From: Patescibacteria group bacterium
GTDB taxonomy: Bacteria; Patescibacteriota; Patescibacteriia; UBA10025; JAHIVO01
Reading direction: 5' to 3'
Assembly: GCA_034678405.1 (NCBI GenBank)
Contig: JAXDBW010000011.1
Location: 1 to 63,847, forward strand
Length of the DNA stretch: 63,847 nucleotides
This document shows, one piece after another, positions 60,495-63,847 of this stretch. Made by a program: the position numbers and the translations under genes. Numbering within the stretch: the first letter of the stretch is position 1; each line of letters starts with the position of its first letter. A model generated the notes under the pieces. That model searched no databases. It had not been told where the DNA came from and saw nothing but the letters and a program-made list of their open reading frames with translations.

Positions 60495-60666
60495 TGTTGC
60501 CCGTCAGTGTTATCGGGTAGACTATTACATTAATGGCGTTTTTCAAAGGAAGGTAGGGTTACCTATTTGAAACGCATCAATCTGTTTGGGGAGCTGATCG
60601 TCGTCGCACTGTAGGACGCACAGCCATTTCCGTTTGCCGGAGAGTCGTATGACTCTCCGGTTTTTT
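60495..60666 (+). ncRNA. Candidate ~170-nt orphan transcript (sRNA or micro-ORF mRNA)
   Basis: Extended -10 TGgTATACT (60480-60488). About 40-nt hairpin (60537-60576). Strong terminator CCGGAGAGTC-GTAT-GACTCTCCGG plus T6 (60637-66). Only ORFs of 15 to 23 codons. Confidence 0.35.
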
Positions 60667-60827
60667 ATATTTAAGAAATCTTTTCCGGGAATTTTACATA
60701 TAGTGCCTTCGGCCGAGCCTATAGTTGACAGATTATATATATAAGGATAAGGTGCACTGAACAAAACACACAGCAAACATTGTTTACTTTTTCACAACCA
60801 AACCACTCTATTAGTTAGGAGGTCAGC

Positions 60828-62261
60828 ATGAAACGGCTGATTATGTTAGTGGCTATGATGGCTATCATGGCCGTTGTCTTCAACGCCTGCAGTAAAAGCG
60901 GAGACGCTGGTCCGACTGGACCGTCGACGCCTCCGGATACGACCAATCCTCGTATCCTGTCGGTCAACCCGCCGCAGAATAGTATCAATGTCACTTCGCT
61001 GGCTCAGATCAGGATTACTTTCTCAGAGCCGATCGATCCGGCGACCCTCGATACGATGAGCATCAGGCTGTTTTTCGGTCACTGGGGCGGCAATCCGCTC
61101 TCGTGTGCTTACACGACTTCAGGGAATGATGTCATCGTGACGCCGAACGTGCCGATCAATGACAATCAGCTCTACACCATCGACGTTACCAACCGGGTGA
61201 GGGATCTGGCCGGTCTTTCGTTTGGTCCCCAGACCCAGTGGCAGTACGCGACGATACCAATCCGTACGACAAACCCACAGACGTGGGGCGTCACCATCGG
61301 AGAAAGTACCGAACGGTCTACTAATATCCGACTCATCGAACCGCATTTGTCCGGGGGATATCTCGTGTGCGGTACCGATGCCGGACCGTGGGGGCGCAAT
61401 GAAGCGCTGGCAGTAATCCAGGCAGATGGCACGACCAGCTGGTTCCGTGACGAGATGTTTCGCCATGAATGGAGAGTTGATCCGTGGACGATAGCTCAGA
61501 CAAGCGGCGGCGGCATCGCCATGTTTGGCGGGGTCAATGAAGTCAGTAATGATGGTGTGTACTCCTTCGTCTATTCGACTGGGGGCGTTCCTGCCAACAA
61601 TCACTTCATTGGGTATGATTACTATCCCTACGCTGTCATCGGAAATGATCGCCAGACATTTTTCGTTTGCGGGTATGAGGCAGGGTGGATGCTGGCCGAG
61701 ATGAACTATTTCGGCACAATCCTCTGGTCGAAACGGGTACACTTTACTGAGTCGGCAACCGATTTGGTTCAGCTGCCAAATAAGAACATCGCACTCTGCG
61801 GCTTTGCCTTTGTCTATCCGCTGACCGAACGACAGATGGCGGTTGTAGTCACTGATGACACCGCTGGAGTTATCTGGCATCAGTCGTACGGCACTGGTCG
61901 CCTCGAGGCTCTCTGTTATACCCCAGCGGACCAGCTTATTACGGCCGGGTATAGTGGCGCCTCAGCTGGGCAGCAGATAGCGATCGGCATCGCCCTGGAC
62001 GGAACGAAGCTGTGGCAGGCAGAGCTCGGTGCCGGACTGGTGAGGGACATACGACCTCTCGCGGATGGCGGGGTGATAGTGCTCAGCACGCCAATGAGTC
62101 GCTACGGAATGATTCTGACGCGACTCGGTAGCGACGGTCAGATAGTCTGGCAGCGAAATCATGACGACATTCCCGAGCCGCATGGCATCCAGCCGGTCAG
62201 TGACGGCTATCTCATAGCCGCCGGTAATCTGTACAAGGTTGATCTGAATGGCAATTTTTAG
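60828..62261 (+). CDS. Lipoprotein with an N-terminal SbsA/Big_5-type Ig-like domain and a beta-propeller-like C-terminal region
   Basis: AGGAGG RBS. Signal peptide plus a Cys (VVFNA|CSK). Ig-like motif ILSVNPPQNSINV...IRITFSEPIDPATL. Confidence 0.65.
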   Translation: MKRLIMLVAMMAIMAVVFNACSKSGDAGPTGPSTPPDTTNPRILSVNPPQNSINVTSLAQIRITFSEPIDPATLDTMSIRLFFGHWGGNPLSCAYTTSGNDVIVTPNVPINDNQLYTIDVTNRVRDLAGLSFGPQTQWQYATIPIRTTNPQTWGVTIGESTERSTNIRLIEPHLSGGYLVCGTDAGPWGRNEALAVIQADGTTSWFRDEMFRHEWRVDPWTIAQTSGGGIAMFGGVNEVSNDGVYSFVYSTGGVPANNHFIGYDYYPYAVIGNDRQTFFVCGYEAGWMLAEMNYFGTILWSKRVHFTESATDLVQLPNKNIALCGFAFVYPLTERQMAVVVTDDTAGVIWHQSYGTGRLEALCYTPADQLITAGYSGASAGQQIAIGIALDGTKLWQAELGAGLVRDIRPLADGGVIVLSTPMSRYGMILTRLGSDGQIVWQRNHDDIPEPHGIQPVSDGYLIAAGNLYKVDLNGNF

Positions 62262-62370
62262 ATAGTCCCCATCCGGGCACTATCCGGGGCTGCAGTCTAT
62301 AATGACTGTAGCCTCTTTTTAATTGCATTTCCACTTGTTTTCTCGTGGGAGCATGCTAGCATAAGAGTGT

Positions 62371-62757
62371 ATGAATATTATTGTAGCTGCTGGGCCAGTG
62401 ATAATCGAAAACGAAAAGGTACTCGTGAATAAACACGGGGACACGACGTTTTGGAAATTCCCCGGTGGCCGCGTGGAGACGTTTGATGAACTGGACCTGG
62501 AGCAGTGCGCCGCACGGGAAGTGAAGGAAGAGATGGGGATCAACATCGAAATCGTGCGGCCATTAAGCACATTGATGACCAAGAAGGATGATGAGACGGT
62601 CGTGGTGCTGGTCCATTATCTTGCTAATCGCATCGGTGAAGTGCGCCCGGGCAGCGATATCCGGAAATGGACCTGGCTGGATATTCATAATTTGCCGGAC
62701 GACGTTGCACCGAATGTGAAAACGATTGTATACGAATATAAAGCGACAAAACAATAA
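62371..62757 (+). CDS. NUDIX hydrolase
   Basis: Nudix box GGRVETFDELDLEQCAAREVKEEMGI. Confidence 0.85.
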   Translation: MNIIVAAGPVIIENEKVLVNKHGDTTFWKFPGGRVETFDELDLEQCAAREVKEEMGINIEIVRPLSTLMTKKDDETVVVLVHYLANRIGEVRPGSDIRKWTWLDIHNLPDDVAPNVKTIVYEYKATKQ

Positions 62758-62762
62758 AAGAT

Positions 62763-63847
62763 ATGACTAGCTTTCTACATTTGTCAGATTTTCGTGCTGG
62801 ATACATCGCCATTCTGTTTGTACTCGGGGTGATTTTTTTTGTACCTGCGCACGCGTCGGCAGCTGTTATCTTTGAGGATGATTTTGAGTCAGCCAATTTC
62901 AATAAATGGCACGAATCCGGCTCGGCTCAGATCGTACATTCGGGCTGTCATCAGGGAACCTACTGCACGTTATTCGATTTCGATTTACCATATGGTATTT
63001 TTTATAATGTATTGGACGAATCGATTGATCAGGTTTATCTGTCATTCTGGATCAAATTTTCACCGTCGTTTACGTTTAACTATCCGTTTCAGGGCGGCGG
63101 TCATCTCGTCCGTTTTTATGAGATCACGGATATGAGCGGTCCGTATTTCGGGGCGCAGATGGACACCGGATGGGGTCCGGACTGGTGGGATGCGCACAGT
63201 TATACTTTCTCATTTTTTACCCGGGATGGAGAGGACGACTTTTCTTTTTGGGTACCCCAGCCGTTTGTGCCCGACACATGGCAGCACTACGAGCTATTCA
63301 TGAAACTCAATACACCCGGAACAGCTGATGGAGTTCTTCAGTTTTGGCTGGATGATGAGCAGCTCTTGAATGAACAGGATGTGGTGCTGCGGGATGGCGG
63401 ACGTCAGGATGTACGGTTTGATTCGCTGGCGTTTACTAATTATGATCATGTGTTAGCCGCAGAAGATCCGTACTATTATATTGATGACGTACAGCTGCTA
63501 ACGGATCGTCCAGGGACGAGCACCCCAGATACCCCTCCAGCCGATCCCACTCCCGAGAGTTCTCCGGACGCGAGTCTGCTACCGGACCTCAGCGAGGCGG
63601 ATCCGACCGCCATCATCATCGACGCCACCTACTCCTTCTTCGCGTATCCCACCCATCTCCGCCAGGGGTATTATATCACCGTTGGCAATGTACTGGGTTC
63701 CCGGGCCGCCGAGGTGATAACCGGCACCGCCTCCGGCCTCGCTCCCCAGGTCCGCGTCTTTGACAACCAGGGGAATGTGAAGGCTCAATTCTTTGCCTAT
63801 GACAGCAGTCTGCGCAATGGAGTCACCGTGACTGCCTGCGACATCGA
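62763..63847 (+). CDS. Secreted concanavalin-A-like/polysaccharide-lyase-like domain protein with C-terminal FG-GAP-like repeats (3' partial, runs off the window)
   Basis: Absent from the ORF track because it has no stop codon in the window. I read 361 uninterrupted codons by hand from ATG 62763. Signal/TM segment, ...WQHYELFMKLNTPGTADGVLQFWLDDEQL..., and then APQVRVFDNQGNVKAQFFAY. Confidence 0.65.
   Translation, partial: MTSFLHLSDFRAGYIAILFVLGVIFFVPAHASAAVIFEDDFESANFNKWHESGSAQIVHSGCHQGTYCTLFDFDLPYGIFYNVLDESIDQVYLSFWIKFSPSFTFNYPFQGGGHLVRFYEITDMSGPYFGAQMDTGWGPDWWDAHSYTFSFFTRDGEDDFSFWVPQPFVPDTWQHYELFMKLNTPGTADGVLQFWLDDEQLLNEQDVVLRDGGRQDVRFDSLAFTNYDHVLAAEDPYYYIDDVQLLTDRPGTSTPDTPPADPTPESSPDASLLPDLSEADPTAIIIDATYSFFAYPTHLRQGYYITVGNVLGSRAAEVITGTASGLAPQVRVFDNQGNVKAQFFAYDSSLRNGVTVTACDI

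Noticed and set aside
1-63847. Scan for CRISPR repeats, reverse transcriptase (YxDD), DGR template/variable repeats, integrase/transposase genes, inverted terminal repeats, toxin-antitoxin pairs, and stop-codon recoding.
   Set aside because: I saw no repeat arrays, RT motifs or mobile-element genes. Long housekeeping ORFs are intact under the standard code, with ordinary TGA, TAA and TAG stops.

Overview
About 64 kb of gene-dense bacterial chromosome, standard genetic code, roughly 50 CDS. I found no rRNA, CRISPR array, transposase, integrase or reverse transcriptase. Most genes are housekeeping: ssb, polA, holA, rpsT, purF, a sigma-70 factor, uvrB, malQ, ruvA, FemAB, ispH, metK behind a SAM-I riboswitch, a MurE-like ligase, family-4 UDG, rpoB-rpoC, ftsK, recA, plsC, murI, PGM/PMM and one tRNA-Arg(CCG). 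Lamin-tail-domain and PF09826-type beta-propeller surface proteins, FemAB, many orphan ORFs and the compact layout suggest a Patescibacteria/CPR-like small-genome organism; this is inference only. My best candidate for an undescribed system is the divergent pair at 56.4-59.4 kb: a radical-SAM-like Fe-S enzyme with a non-canonical cysteine motif and a stand-alone TrpB2 PLP enzyme. They share a palindromic back-to-back consensus promoter and have about 280-nt and 210-nt leaders. One leader has a terminator/antiterminator arrangement that I cannot assign to any known riboswitch class. Other items worth follow-up: a head-to-head Elp3 / Trm9-like methyltransferase pair, which is a eukaryote/archaea-style wobble-U pathway; a RibL-like nucleotidyltransferase fused to a VanX-like dipeptidase; two orphan promoter-plus-terminator units with no ORF (candidate sRNAs); a GC-rich 230-nt structured block; three self-contained orphan-gene modules with strong SD sites; and a recurrent leaderless extended -10 promoter layout. 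All calls come from reading the sequence and translations and from recalled family motifs. No database search was run.
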